Source: a virus
Strand: one strand, 5' to 3'
Length of the DNA stretch: 64,000 nucleotides
Virus record (IMG/VR): IMGVR_UViG_3300001589_000003
Span: 12,279 to 76,278 of that record
Shown here: piece by piece, positions 9,115-19,199 of the stretch
Numbering within the stretch: the first letter of the stretch is position 1
How the letters are laid out: every line of letters starts with the position of its first letter
Position numbers and translations under genes: made by a program
The notes under the pieces: generated by a model
Told to the model about the DNA's origin: nothing
The model's database searches: none
The model's input: only the letters and a program-made list of their open reading frames with translations

Positions 9115-10599
9115 TTACTTGTTTGATCTTTTCTTCACTGTCCCCTGTGTATTGTTCTTATCGGTCGTCTTTCTTTCTGACGTATCCTTTCCCTCCTCCT
9201 TTTTCTTCTTAGCTGCCGCATCACCGGAGGGGTCCTGTGTATTAATGTCTATTCTTGGTTCTTTCTTATCGGGTTTAACATATCCTAACTCATCAGCCCA
9301 TTGTTCTAGCCCTATAATACCATATTGGTATTTTACGATTTGATTCCTTACCATAATCTCTTGGGCTTGTTGGTATTTCAAATCATCCTGTATGGTTGAT
9401 CTTTTGAATACAACATTTAAGTCCTTAAAACTAAACCCTGCCAGAGATAGTGCAAGTTTATACCCAAACTCTAAGTTCTGGATAATAATGTTTTGAACAT
9501 TGGTTAATTGAGCTAGCATCTTAGTAAACATAACGGTTACAAGAGTTTCACTTGCTCCGGGTCTACCCATAAATATTGCATCATACTGTAAAGCTGATGC
9601 AATAGCTAATTCGTTTTGTTCAAATAAGCCCTGTACTCCTTCAGCAGATTTTACAGTAGCTTTAAAATCAAACTCATGATCATCAATAAAACCAACATTT
9701 GCTCCATCGGCAAAGCCTTCTAATACCCTTTCCTTAGTCTCAGTTAGAAACTGTATCAACCTCGCTTCATAAGCAGGCTCAGTTTCATTCTCCATCATAT
9801 CAGGCTTTGCTATCTTAGCATCTAAGTAACCAAGAATACCAAGCATGTTGATAATGTTTTTAATATTATCAACCATGGAGGTTTGAGTAGCAATTGGATC
9901 AATTACTGCCATATAAGGAGGAATACCATAGGGGTTATCCAAATCCCCATTTAATGCTATATACTTATATTGGTTGGTATTTAATTTTTTAAGGTCTTTA
10001 TCGGCACCAATTATACCTAGACCCATATTTTTTAGTTTCTGATATGGTTTATAAGTTCTAGCCCCCTTATTAACAACAAATCTTACATTCTCGGGTTCTA
10101 AGAACCTAATTTGATCAATCTGATTTAAAGCCATGTTTGGAATCCATTCAGTAGATAGTGCTCCTCCAATCATGATTTGCCTAAACATCTTATTAACTAT
10201 TCCATCTACTCCTGCTGCACCAGCATGCCATGTAGATGAAGCATCTTTTAGATAGGCTCTCATCTTATCTACTTGATCAGCTGGAACACTAGGATCGAAG
10301 TTAATCTTATGCCCAGTATTAGCCAGCCTAACAAAATCATTCATTGCTTGACTTACATCTGGGTTTATCTTGGATAGTTTTCTTAAGATGGGTATAACAT
10401 CAAACTGAAACTCAGGTGTTACAGTTCTTAAACTTTTAGATAGGCCAGTTAACTCATTAGGAAAAGGTAGCTCTCTTTTTACAGAAGCTCTACTATTCAC
10501 TATGGGTTTAGTGACGGGGCCTATATCAATCTCCTTTCTAGCAGCTTTAATCTTATCACCACCAAAACCGATATTTATGTCTAATCCTAAAATTTGCAT
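9115..10599 (-). CDS. Portal protein
   Basis: 494 aa after terminase; PYGIPP motif. Confidence 0.75.
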   Translation of the reverse strand: MQILGLDINIGFGGDKIKAARKEIDIGPVTKPIVNSRASVKRELPFPNELTGLSKSLRTVTPEFQFDVIPILRKLSKINPDVSQAMNDFVRLANTGHKINFDPSVPADQVDKMRAYLKDASSTWHAGAAGVDGIVNKMFRQIMIGGALSTEWIPNMALNQIDQIRFLEPENVRFVVNKGARTYKPYQKLKNMGLGIIGADKDLKKLNTNQYKYIALNGDLDNPYGIPPYMAVIDPIATQTSMVDNIKNIINMLGILGYLDAKIAKPDMMENETEPAYEARLIQFLTETKERVLEGFADGANVGFIDDHEFDFKATVKSAEGVQGLFEQNELAIASALQYDAIFMGRPGASETLVTVMFTKMLAQLTNVQNIIIQNLEFGYKLALSLAGFSFKDLNVVFKRSTIQDDLKYQQAQEIMVRNQIVKYQYGIIGLEQWADELGYVKPDKKEPRIDINTQDPSGDAAAKKKKEEGKDTSERKTTDKNNTQGTVKKRSNK

Positions 10600-10602
10600 G
10601 AT

Positions 10603-13146
10603 TTATACGGGTTGAACTATTATACCTCTTAATTTTATTTTACGAACATGATTGGTTATTGCCTTTGCTAAGATAGCATCATCTGTATAACCATCATCGC
10701 TTGAGAGAAGATCATCAGTTTGGGGTCCTGAACCTTTCCCCATTGCTACAGCTTTGTTTTTCTCATCATATATAAAGGTGTAGGCTTCTTGCACGAATGC
10801 TTCATCCTTTATTATAATGTTATTCAGCCTGATGTCTTCCTCAAGTTCCCCTATTATTATGGGTCTATTCTTGGAAGTTGTATACCAACCTGGTATCTTC
10901 TCTTCTTTCGGCTTTCTTTTCTTTTTCTCCTTAACTAACTTAGTAGAGTAATAAAGCTTACTGTAATTCATCTCCTGTAGTTTAGAAGTTACTGCCAAAC
11001 CTATATCATTAGATTCTGGAGCTAGAATTGCTCTATGATATATGTTACCTAGTCCTGCCATTAGTATTGCAAGCTCATTTGGGGGTAGTTTACCCTTATA
11101 AGAACCATACTCTTCTCCTTTTTCATCCATTATGGATAGAGCCGAGTAATCTCGTGATCTACCAGTTGAAACGTCACCCCCTATTCCAAACCTTCTACCA
11201 TTCTCTGGTAACTTATAAATCTGTAAATTATCCCCCATTGAGGTTTTTACAGATTTTAGAACTTTATCAAATTGCCTATGTTTAGTTAGGTCTAATGGTA
11301 TGTAATCATTTAAGCTTTCTTCTATAGCTCTTATATCCAATAGATCAAATACTGAAGACCCTGACGTTAAAAAATCGCCGTCAATTTCTTGAGCAGTACG
11401 TCTTGGTCCCAATGATGCTGACATCTCATTATACCAATTTGGGAACTTCTTGGTAGTGTCATTATCCTTACCACGTTCTGGGTGCATCTCCCATTTAAGT
11501 CGTAATGGAGTAAACTCTCCACCGGAGCAAGCTTCTACCCATTTTTTGTGAAAGAAGTTCCCGATCCCATAGGGGGTGTTATGGTTAATAAAATGCGTTT
11601 TTGTTATATAAGATTCATCTTTTTCTACGCAAATGTCATAGATGGTGTCCTTAAATTTTCTCAGTACTACCAACTTACTTATTTTAACTCCTTTACATCT
11701 ACTACCATTTAGCACTCTAGTTACATAACTTGGGTGAATCCCTAAACTTTCTGCTATATCTTTTCTTCTTATCCCAGTATAGTGTTGTTCCCATATTTTA
11801 CCAATGGTCATGATATCGGGAAACCCTTTACCCGTATTGTTATTTAGAGTTAAGCCCCTAGAGTGTTTAACCGCTCTCTGGGCATTTTCTTTTCTAGTTA
11901 TAATTTGAAGGTTATTAACATGATCTATGTTCCTGGTATCATCCTTGTGATCTACTATATGACCCTTTGGTATCTCTCCTATAAAATGGGTAGCTACTAA
12001 TATTGATACTTTAAATTTTCTTGATTTTTGCTTACTCCAAAGAGATACTCTATGATATCCCTCTGAACTAACCATTAATCTCTTCTCCTTTCCAGAACCT
12101 CTATAATACACCTTACCATGGTTAGAGATAAGATAATTAGGGTAGCCTTTTATTTTTTCCTTTCTCTCCTTCTTAGGGGGTTTATTTAGGGGAGCAACTT
12201 TTAAATTATCAACTCCACTATCAAATGTAATAGTGTATAAATCCTTTTTGATTACCTGTTTTAAAGTTTTCCAGCCTTTAGTGGTTAATACCCTATGAGC
12301 TGGAGTTGCTTTTAGCCTCTGCCCCATGTCACTCTCCACTTCCCAGGTTTTAAGTTTTCCTTTGTTTACAGCTCCTAATACTCTTCTCCACTTACCTGTA
12401 TGTGATAATACCTCTAGTCCTAAGGCTTCCACATTATGTTTTCCAAAGTTCTTTGGGGCTATCATATCAACCCTAAAATTTCCACTTTTCCCAACTATTT
12501 CTGTATCACCTGTTATACAAGAATTAAGTATAGCTCTACCCCCAGTTGATAGTGTTGGAAATGCTGCAGCCCATATTTGATCTGCCCACCTAATGATCGC
12601 AGCTTCATCAATAACCAATAACGATAAAGCCTCAGATCGACCAGCTTCTTCTGTAGTTGGTATAGAGGTAATGAGAGAACCATTAGCGAACTCGATTTCG
12701 GAGGCAGTACCCAAGTCCTTAGTTCTCCCATTGATGATTTGTACTTGAAGGTGGTCAGGTAAGTTCCTATACATGAACTTAATCTTTCTCAATACCTTCT
12801 TAGCAACGGTGTCTTTTATGCTTATGATATTTATGTTCTTGTTTGAATGGAACATTGCATACCATAAGCAAAATAATGATATCAACTCTGTCAGCCCTGC
12901 CTGGCGGAATTTGAGTATAATATTAAACCTTTCTCTAATAAAGGAATAAAGTACAGCCCTTTGATATGGATATAATCCGAATTGGACTTTACCATAGACT
13001 GGGTTAATAACGTGTATAAAGTTGGAGAAAAAGAATGGGTCGGCAGCAGCTCTGGTTAAATCCTCGAATTCATCCGAAGACAAAGGTTTGTTTACAACCT
13101 TAGAAGCTCTACCCTTGGAGCCTATGTTTTCATCTGTATTATTCAT
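10603..13146 (-). CDS. terL: Terminase large subunit with intein
   Basis: ILKFRQAGLT Walker A, LLVIDEAA Walker B, IGGDVSTG and TDDAILA nuclease motifs. Confidence 0.92.
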   Translation of the reverse strand: MNNTDENIGSKGRASKVVNKPLSSDEFEDLTRAAADPFFFSNFIHVINPVYGKVQFGLYPYQRAVLYSFIRERFNIILKFRQAGLTELISLFCLWYAMFHSNKNINIISIKDTVAKKVLRKIKFMYRNLPDHLQVQIINGRTKDLGTASEIEFANGSLITSIPTTEEAGRSEALSLLVIDEAAIIRWADQIWAAAFPTLSTGGRAILNSCITGDTEIVGKSGNFRVDMIAPKNFGKHNVEALGLEVLSHTGKWRRVLGAVNKGKLKTWEVESDMGQRLKATPAHRVLTTKGWKTLKQVIKKDLYTITFDSGVDNLKVAPLNKPPKKERKEKIKGYPNYLISNHGKVYYRGSGKEKRLMVSSEGYHRVSLWSKQKSRKFKVSILVATHFIGEIPKGHIVDHKDDTRNIDHVNNLQIITRKENAQRAVKHSRGLTLNNNTGKGFPDIMTIGKIWEQHYTGIRRKDIAESLGIHPSYVTRVLNGSRCKGVKISKLVVLRKFKDTIYDICVEKDESYITKTHFINHNTPYGIGNFFHKKWVEACSGGEFTPLRLKWEMHPERGKDNDTTKKFPNWYNEMSASLGPRRTAQEIDGDFLTSGSSVFDLLDIRAIEESLNDYIPLDLTKHRQFDKVLKSVKTSMGDNLQIYKLPENGRRFGIGGDVSTGRSRDYSALSIMDEKGEEYGSYKGKLPPNELAILMAGLGNIYHRAILAPESNDIGLAVTSKLQEMNYSKLYYSTKLVKEKKKRKPKEEKIPGWYTTSKNRPIIIGELEEDIRLNNIIIKDEAFVQEAYTFIYDEKNKAVAMGKGSGPQTDDLLSSDDGYTDDAILAKAITNHVRKIKLRGIIVQPV
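11578..12519 (-). mobile_element. Intein (314 aa) containing an HNH homing endonuclease
   Basis: Begins CITGDT, ends INHN before T of TPYG; TPAHRVLT block B; YLISNHGKV and VDHKD...NNLQIITRKEN. Confidence 0.9.
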
Positions 13147-13844
13147 TTAAGTTTATAACCTATATCAGTTTTTAAAATGAATTGAGTATCGTTAGATAAA
13201 GTAAACGATGCGTCCCCTCTTAATCTAAATCTACCCTTAGAGATAGAATAATCCAAACCTAGGATGGGGGAACTCAATTGAAAGTTGTACCCAGTGTGTC
13301 CATATAGATTTGATACATAACTTGCATGTCCAACTTTTTTAGGCAATTCGTCGGCTCTAAAATTGCCTTCTCGAAATTGATATCTAAAACGGTCATAATT
13401 AACGCCAAAGGAGTTTTGCCTGATGGACCCGTCAATTCCCAACAGATCAAGTCTGAGGCTGTCCCCACTGAATTCTCCATAGATAAGTTTACTTGCATCT
13501 GGGTGTTGTTGTAGAAATGCTAATGAGATTTTGGTTATCTCTCCATTCAAAGAGTCTATTACGGATAACAGTGAGTCATCCATGACTACCTCTCTACTTT
13601 GGTAGCTTTTTGTAGAATCAATGTAATTTATAACATATCTAGGTGGAACATAATTTTCATACTCTGGTGTTGGTAATTTACTATAATCTACAAATACTGT
13701 TGTAGAGTCAGTTTTAAAATTTGGGTTTTCCCAATACTCTTTAGCCTTAGCATCTTGATCTTTCCTGTCAAGGTAAAAAAAGATTATTAAACCTATTATG
13801 GCTATCTGTACTATAAGGGAACCCCATTTTCTTAGGTTTTCCAT
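13143..13844 (-). CDS. Membrane-anchored protein, possible spanin-like
   Basis: N-terminal TM; C-terminal amphipathic beta strands ending DIGYKLK; in lysis cassette. Confidence 0.4.
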   Translation of the reverse strand: MENLRKWGSLIVQIAIIGLIIFFYLDRKDQDAKAKEYWENPNFKTDSTTVFVDYSKLPTPEYENYVPPRYVINYIDSTKSYQSREVVMDDSLLSVIDSLNGEITKISLAFLQQHPDASKLIYGEFSGDSLRLDLLGIDGSIRQNSFGVNYDRFRYQFREGNFRADELPKKVGHASYVSNLYGHTGYNFQLSSPILGLDYSISKGRFRLRGDASFTLSNDTQFILKTDIGYKLK

Positions 13845-13914
13845 AACTTTAAATTTTTAATTAAACATAACCCCTGAAACTAAGTTCAGAGATTCAACAT
13901 ACAATTGCATATAT

Positions 13915-13958
13915 ATACCCCCCTATTTTCCCCTTAAGGGGGAATAGGATGGGGTAAT
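13915..13958. repeat. GC-rich inverted repeat
   Basis: tacccccc.tattttcccc TTAA gggggaatagg..ggggta in an intergenic region. Confidence 0.55.
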
Positions 13959-13973
13959 ATTCATGCATTGTTG

Positions 13974-14165
13974 TTAGAATTCTTTTATTGCTGCTTTTAT
14001 AGAAGGCCAATTGAGTCCAACGAATATACCTACAAGAAGCCAAGCTATCTCATAGAACACTACCCCATTTTTGAATATGAATAGTAGTACAGCTATGGTT
14101 AGCAGTGTTGCCGATTTTAAAGCATACTTAGCTAACCAATTCTTAAGCATTACAAGATATTTCAT
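13974..14165 (-). CDS. Small two-TM protein, holin candidate
   Basis: 63 aa, two TM segments, next to endolysin. Confidence 0.5.
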   Translation of the reverse strand: MKYLVMLKNWLAKYALKSATLLTIAVLLFIFKNGVVFYEIAWLLVGIFVGLNWPSIKAAIKEF

Positions 14166-14172
14166 AAATTTA

Positions 14173-14733
14173 CTATTTAGTTAAACATTCGATAAATCCT
14201 TTCACACATAAGCCTCTGTCTCCATCGAAGTTGTATGATCTTTTCTTTCTGGCTACTTCTATACCTTCTCTACCTCCACTATCATTGGTATTCCCTTCTA
14301 CAGCCATGAAATGGGTTTTCTTCACATCTTCCACAATTCCAGCATGTCCATAAGTCCATACCCCATTTTTAGTCTTAGAAGGCTCACCATCTCTTCGTTT
14401 CTCAAATATAACCATTGATCCAGGTTTTGCTATCTTAGAAACTTTAAATAGTCCGGTATCATCCTTCTCAAAGTTCTCAAGTGTTCTAACAGCATTAGCA
14501 CTACAATTGTCTGTTATACTTGCCAATACTTTACTTTTACCCGAGTATGTAGGATGTGCCCAAGCAGCTTCTGCAAATAGTGCACACCATGCCCATCCGT
14601 TTTCAAAGCCCACTCTTCTCATAACACCATCAAGTATAGGGTTTACAAAACCCCCGTTATTGGGTATCTCTCTTTCACCTATCATCTCTCTTACCCATTG
14701 TAAAACTGCGTCATTCATTTTTAGTACTTCCAT
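14173..14733 (-). CDS. CHAP-domain endolysin
   Basis: AWCALF, GHAGIVE and VEGNT motifs. Confidence 0.85.
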   Translation of the reverse strand: MEVLKMNDAVLQWVREMIGEREIPNNGGFVNPILDGVMRRVGFENGWAWCALFAEAAWAHPTYSGKSKVLASITDNCSANAVRTLENFEKDDTGLFKVSKIAKPGSMVIFEKRRDGEPSKTKNGVWTYGHAGIVEDVKKTHFMAVEGNTNDSGGREGIEVARKKRSYNFDGDRGLCVKGFIECLTK

Positions 14734-14737
14734 TGTT

Positions 14738-15733
14738 TTAAAAGTTTAGTTTATCTATTATTGATTTGAACCATACCCCTATTTCGTAAGGGGGTGATTT
14801 TGTTACTGTTGTTCTAGCTTTGTTAATACAGTACTCTGACCAATCCTCATCATACCATAGTTTAAAAGAGTCTGGAACTCCTTGTATTCTAGCCATCTCT
14901 CTAGGTGATAACATGTGACCCCAATGATTAAACTGTCTGTTAGCTTTCCTTACTGTAAATGGGTATGCGTTGGCAAAATTACGATATACCCCTGGTTGGT
15001 TCTTCATACGCTCCCTATTTACAGGCCAACGATTTTCCGCCTTGAATTCCGTTAACCAGAGCTTTCTAGCTTTCTTAACAGATACCCTAGAATCATCGCC
15101 ATAATATAGGTTAATCATTTTCTTGTCATCTTCAGTAACATGACATATACTAGGATTATATTCCTCTAATCCTTTTATCAATTCACCTGACGTTTTGTAG
15201 ATGAAGTCGGTCTTTGGTAGTTTAAATTTTTTTATTGTATTCTTGGGTAAATCCTTATGAACCCCCACTATTACTAATCTAACCCTAGTTTTTTGAGAGT
15301 TACCCCAAGCTGATACTGACTCCTTAAAAGTAACTGTTCTGTAGTTTAAGAACTCATCCAGTAGGGTTGGGTAGTGCTCAAGCATCTTGGGTAAATTCTC
15401 CATCATAAAGAACTGAGGTTGGTAGTAGTTGATAGAATCCACAAATGCTCTTAGACTAGCGTTCTCGCTCGGATCACTCATCTTCTTAGCCCTAGAGTAG
15501 GCTAGTACTGATGAATGCCCACAGTCTGGAGCTCCAATAATGATATCTACCCCATCCTTCCTATACCTGACATCTGTTGTTTCATCATAGGATACGTTAA
15601 AATTTAGGTTCCATTGTTTTTGGTGGGTGGTGTGAAACACAGTTCTTGGTTCTATATTACCAACAAGTTGGTTTCTAAATGGGTGAAGTATTACACCGTT
15701 ACCTCCACATACTCCTAATGTTTTCAAGCTCAT
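14738..15733 (-). CDS. Atypical C5 cytosine DNA methyltransferase homologue
   Basis: GAPDC (motif IV), MENL (VI), QKTRVR (VIII), LSPREMARIQG (IX); motifs I and X are divergent. Confidence 0.75.
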   Translation of the reverse strand: MSLKTLGVCGGNGVILHPFRNQLVGNIEPRTVFHTTHQKQWNLNFNVSYDETTDVRYRKDGVDIIIGAPDCGHSSVLAYSRAKKMSDPSENASLRAFVDSINYYQPQFFMMENLPKMLEHYPTLLDEFLNYRTVTFKESVSAWGNSQKTRVRLVIVGVHKDLPKNTIKKFKLPKTDFIYKTSGELIKGLEEYNPSICHVTEDDKKMINLYYGDDSRVSVKKARKLWLTEFKAENRWPVNRERMKNQPGVYRNFANAYPFTVRKANRQFNHWGHMLSPREMARIQGVPDSFKLWYDEDWSEYCINKARTTVTKSPPYEIGVWFKSIIDKLNF

Positions 15734-15820
15734 ACAATTTATAAGATAAGTATTGTTTGACTATTATTTCACCTAGAGTTTTAATTTTTTTATTCAATTA
15801 TTTAATCATATCTTTATCAC

Positions 15821-16129
15821 ATGGAAATCAAAGAATATATAAAAAAGGCAAAAAAATATCAGAAGACCCCCAAACGGAAAAAGCTTGATAGACTAACTTA
15901 TTTAACTTTAGGATATGCGGGTGAAGGAGGAGAGGTAGCAGATGAGATTAAGAAGGCATGGAGAAATAAGTCGGGTAGGATAACTAAAGCACGTAGAAAC
16001 AAAATATTAATAGAAATGGGTGATGTCTTGAATATTACTTTTAGAATGATGAAGGAACTCGACTGTACCATGGAAGAACTTCTGGATATACACTTAGAAA
16101 AACTTAAAAATAAAGCTAAACCATTTTAA
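15821..16129 (+). CDS. MazG-like nucleotide pyrophosphohydrolase
   Basis: LGYAGEGGEVADEIKK...EMGDVL. Confidence 0.8.
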   Translation: MEIKEYIKKAKKYQKTPKRKKLDRLTYLTLGYAGEGGEVADEIKKAWRNKSGRITKARRNKILIEMGDVLNITFRMMKELDCTMEELLDIHLEKLKNKAKPF

Positions 16130-16130
16130 C

Positions 16131-16313
16131 ATGAATGCAAAGAATATTATGTCAATCGCAGGGTACTGGGTTACGTTCTACATTATACACATAGATATAG
16201 TAGAACTAGTAGGAAAGGACACCAAATACTATTGGATAATGATTTTAAAATTAGTAATATTATCACTTATGGCCTTCCTTAGAGGGTTCAACAATAAAAC
16301 TTTACAAATATGA
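16131..16313 (+). CDS. Small membrane protein
   Basis: Two hydrophobic segments. Confidence 0.45.
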   Translation: MNAKNIMSIAGYWVTFYIIHIDIVELVGKDTKYYWIMILKLVILSLMAFLRGFNNKTLQI

Positions 16314-16897
16314 AAAAACTATGGTGCCAATTTATACTTTGGCTTTTTAACAAGAACCTAATGCTCATCAATGGAGAAGTTGATGAACGGGGTAAGGTTA
16401 CAGTACATGTGGGTATTGATTCCAAATACGAACACCCACTAGGTAAGATTCAGGTGGATAGACTCTTTCACATACCAGATTGGAGATACAAAGCAGATTG
16501 GATCAATACGGAGGGCGAATATATGGTCAGGCTACAAGATAACAATAAACCCAATTTGTTTATGGAGCATATAGCAACTCGAGATGATCTAACCTCTCAT
16601 TTTGGAAAAAACTTTAACCCATCTTCTGCAAAGTTGATTGCTGGCTGGTTATTTAAACATGTTCAACTATCTACAGGAGTAGCAGTGGATGTTATCGTTC
16701 GACCTAAGGGTATGGAGAAACAATTGTTCTTAGAAAATGTGAAGAGTGGAAAAATGAAAGCTGTTGAGTTTACTAGACCCATAGATTACATGAGAGTGGT
16801 GGATGTTAATATAGAAGCTTACTCTGATGTTGCTGCTCTTAATGATGCAGAAAAGTCAGAACTGAAAGCCTTTTTACATAAAGCAGATTTATCATGA
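16310..16897 (+). CDS. Hypothetical protein
   Basis: 195 aa ORF, coupled by ATGA overlap. Confidence 0.55.
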   Translation: MKKLWCQFILWLFNKNLMLINGEVDERGKVTVHVGIDSKYEHPLGKIQVDRLFHIPDWRYKADWINTEGEYMVRLQDNNKPNLFMEHIATRDDLTSHFGKNFNPSSAKLIAGWLFKHVQLSTGVAVDVIVRPKGMEKQLFLENVKSGKMKAVEFTRPIDYMRVVDVNIEAYSDVAALNDAEKSELKAFLHKADLS

Positions 16898-17048
16898 GCC
16901 ATATGAACAGACCCTTATCTAAATTGGATGATACCAAAGTACCCAAGAAAGTATATCACTCATGGGCATCTGGGGTTGATAATGATAAGGGTAGGAAAGT
17001 AAGACATCCTTATACTGAAGTGGGGTTCAAATTTGACAAAGACAAGAC

Positions 17049-17369
17049 ATGAAAGATTCAGAGAAATTAAAACTCTTAGCTAACTGGTTTGATTTAAGAG
17101 ATAAGGAACAACCTATATTTAAAGGTAGTGGTACAGAAGTTCAAACAGACCTTAGAAGAATAGCTAGAAGCTTAGAAATAGATGAAAGCATAACCCAAGT
17201 TCCTGTAAATACTAGGCAAGTGGTAGATGTGGATGTTATCACTGGGTTTAATGCAAAAACCCTACGTGAAAATCTACTGAGAGCTTATGATGATGGTTTT
17301 GAGATAGTATCTAACTTAGCTGGTGATGCTAGACTAGGTTATTCAATTATTGTACATAAATATAAATAA
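17049..17369 (+). CDS. Hypothetical protein
   Basis: ORF track. Confidence 0.5.
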   Translation: MKDSEKLKLLANWFDLRDKEQPIFKGSGTEVQTDLRRIARSLEIDESITQVPVNTRQVVDVDVITGFNAKTLRENLLRAYDDGFEIVSNLAGDARLGYSIIVHKYK

Positions 17370-17898
17370 CATGCAAAAAGAAAGAATACCCAAAGAATTA
17401 AAAGGAGCACTGATCTGGTTAAGTATGTCAATAATACTTGGGTTCGCAGTCATATCCTTCAGTGAGAAGATAAATGGGCCGAATGCCTTTTTTAATAATT
17501 GGTGGCCTGTATTAGTAGGACTATCAATTATGGTACTAGGTATAACTAATGTACATGCTTGGCGAGAGTCCAAGAGAATTCGTAAAGGAGCCCATATAAA
17601 GGTTCAGTTCCTTAGGGCTATAGTGATATCATTAATTTCATTAGGGCTAACTATGTATGCACCTGCTCCAATTATCAAATGGCAATTCTTTATAAGTATC
17701 TGTTCTTTTCAGATCGGTATATTTATGTTAGCCTTTGATTACTTATTCAACTATTACAAAGGCAATGAATGGAGCTATTTTGGAACAGAATCAGTTCTGG
17801 ATGTTTTCAATGCTAAAATACCCATATGGTTAAACATCTTTTTGGAGGTATCATTTCTAATTGGAACTATATGGGCTTTTGATAAGTATATTGTATAA
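17350..17898 (+). CDS. Multi-pass membrane protein
   Basis: About five TM segments. Confidence 0.6.
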   Translation: MYININNMQKERIPKELKGALIWLSMSIILGFAVISFSEKINGPNAFFNNWWPVLVGLSIMVLGITNVHAWRESKRIRKGAHIKVQFLRAIVISLISLGLTMYAPAPIIKWQFFISICSFQIGIFMLAFDYLFNYYKGNEWSYFGTESVLDVFNAKIPIWLNIFLEVSFLIGTIWAFDKYIV

Positions 17899-17901
17899 TA
17901 A

Positions 17902-17977
17902 GGCAGAGGATAGCATAGCTGACAAATGCGCTACCCATACAGGGTAGAGATCGTGGGGTAAGAGCTCACCTTCTGCC
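17902..17977 (+). tRNA. Degenerate tRNA-like element, anticodon TAC (Val)
   Basis: Stems GCAGAGG/CTTCTGC, GCAT/ATGC, CTACC/GGTAG and GTGGG/CTCAC; non-canonical A33 and T-loop. Confidence 0.55.
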
Positions 17978-18305
17978 TAGAAATTTTAGAACACTCGATG
18001 GATATGTAAACCGGTGGTCGGGTCTGAACGAACGGTATAGGGGTTAATCAGAGTGAGGCATCTGTCGGGTATATGATTAAATGTATTCGTCTCAATGATT
18101 AATCATCAGGCCATTTTTTAACTTTAAATCTAATAAACATGAGAATTTTAAATGCATTCTTTTATATATTCTGCATCCTGTGGGTAGTTGCTACTCTATC
18201 TGTAGTGATTTGGATGATCACTAATTATAATCATTACGGATGGATTCTTTTAATATCACTAGCAGTTGCTGGGTATATGGTGCATAGAGTACATAACCCC
18301 AGGCA

Positions 18306-18623
18306 TTGATGGTAGAATTTAAGAACGGTACTAGAATAGAATCACCCAACCTAAGTGGACAAATAGCCATAACCGAAGAGATGGTAAAATATAATGCTAT
18401 GGGTTGGAAGGCTGAAGACTTGTTTAAAGCTGACCTTATCGAGAACACCAATATCGACCGTGACAATCCGCAAGGTTGGTATGGTTGGAAAGTGAGCTTG
18501 GGAGTATACTACTTCATCTGGAACTCACAGCCTGCAAATCCCACTAAAAAAGAAATTGCCATGATCCGAACTATGCTTCAAAGAGATGGCTATGAAGTTG
18601 AACCTTTATCACTTTTATTTTAA
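18306..18623 (+). CDS. Hypothetical protein
   Basis: ORF track; start uncertain. Confidence 0.45.
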   Translation: MMVEFKNGTRIESPNLSGQIAITEEMVKYNAMGWKAEDLFKADLIENTNIDRDNPQGWYGWKVSLGVYYFIWNSQPANPTKKEIAMIRTMLQRDGYEVEPLSLLF

Positions 18624-18682
18624 AAACCATAAGAACACTTAAATCATTTAACACAGACACAATAGATAAGTTAGTCAATGCG

Positions 18683-19000
18683 ATGAACACTATATTAAGT
18701 CAACCAGGTAAATTTAATATTCACTTACTAATGAAGGGCTTAGAAGCACATGTATACCTATCCACCTCTTTACAGAGTATGGGTCTAGTGATACAAGTGA
18801 GACCAACTAGGTATGAAGTCAATAGGGATGCTATAAAATACTACACCCCCAACCCAAGTACCCTTCGGATGACCAAGGGACATCCCTTAGCTATCTTAAT
18901 ACTTAAGCAGTATAACCTTCACAAGGATAGGTCTAATCTTAACTTTGCCTTAACTAAACTCAAAAAGAAATATGGACGATTTAACGAAAAAAGTACATAA
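18683..19000 (+). CDS. Hypothetical protein
   Basis: ORF track. Confidence 0.45.
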   Translation: MNTILSQPGKFNIHLLMKGLEAHVYLSTSLQSMGLVIQVRPTRYEVNRDAIKYYTPNPSTLRMTKGHPLAILILKQYNLHKDRSNLNFALTKLKKKYGRFNEKST

Positions 19001-19199
19001 GATTCTTGTGAAAAAATACGGTCAAGAATTTGATAAAGGGTGGTTTGAAAACGGAACTTTATTTAAAAACATAATTAAAGCAACCGAAGAAGCATTAACT
19101 ATACCCGATGTTAACAAATCTGTTTGTGTACAGACTGGATTAGAATGTGGTTTTCCTTGCCATAGTGAATGCCCTTTATATGATAAGCTGAAACCTTAA
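18972..19199 (+). CDS. Hypothetical protein with Cys-rich C-terminus
   Basis: ORF track. Confidence 0.5.
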   Translation: MDDLTKKVHKILVKKYGQEFDKGWFENGTLFKNIIKATEEALTIPDVNKSVCVQTGLECGFPCHSECPLYDKLKP

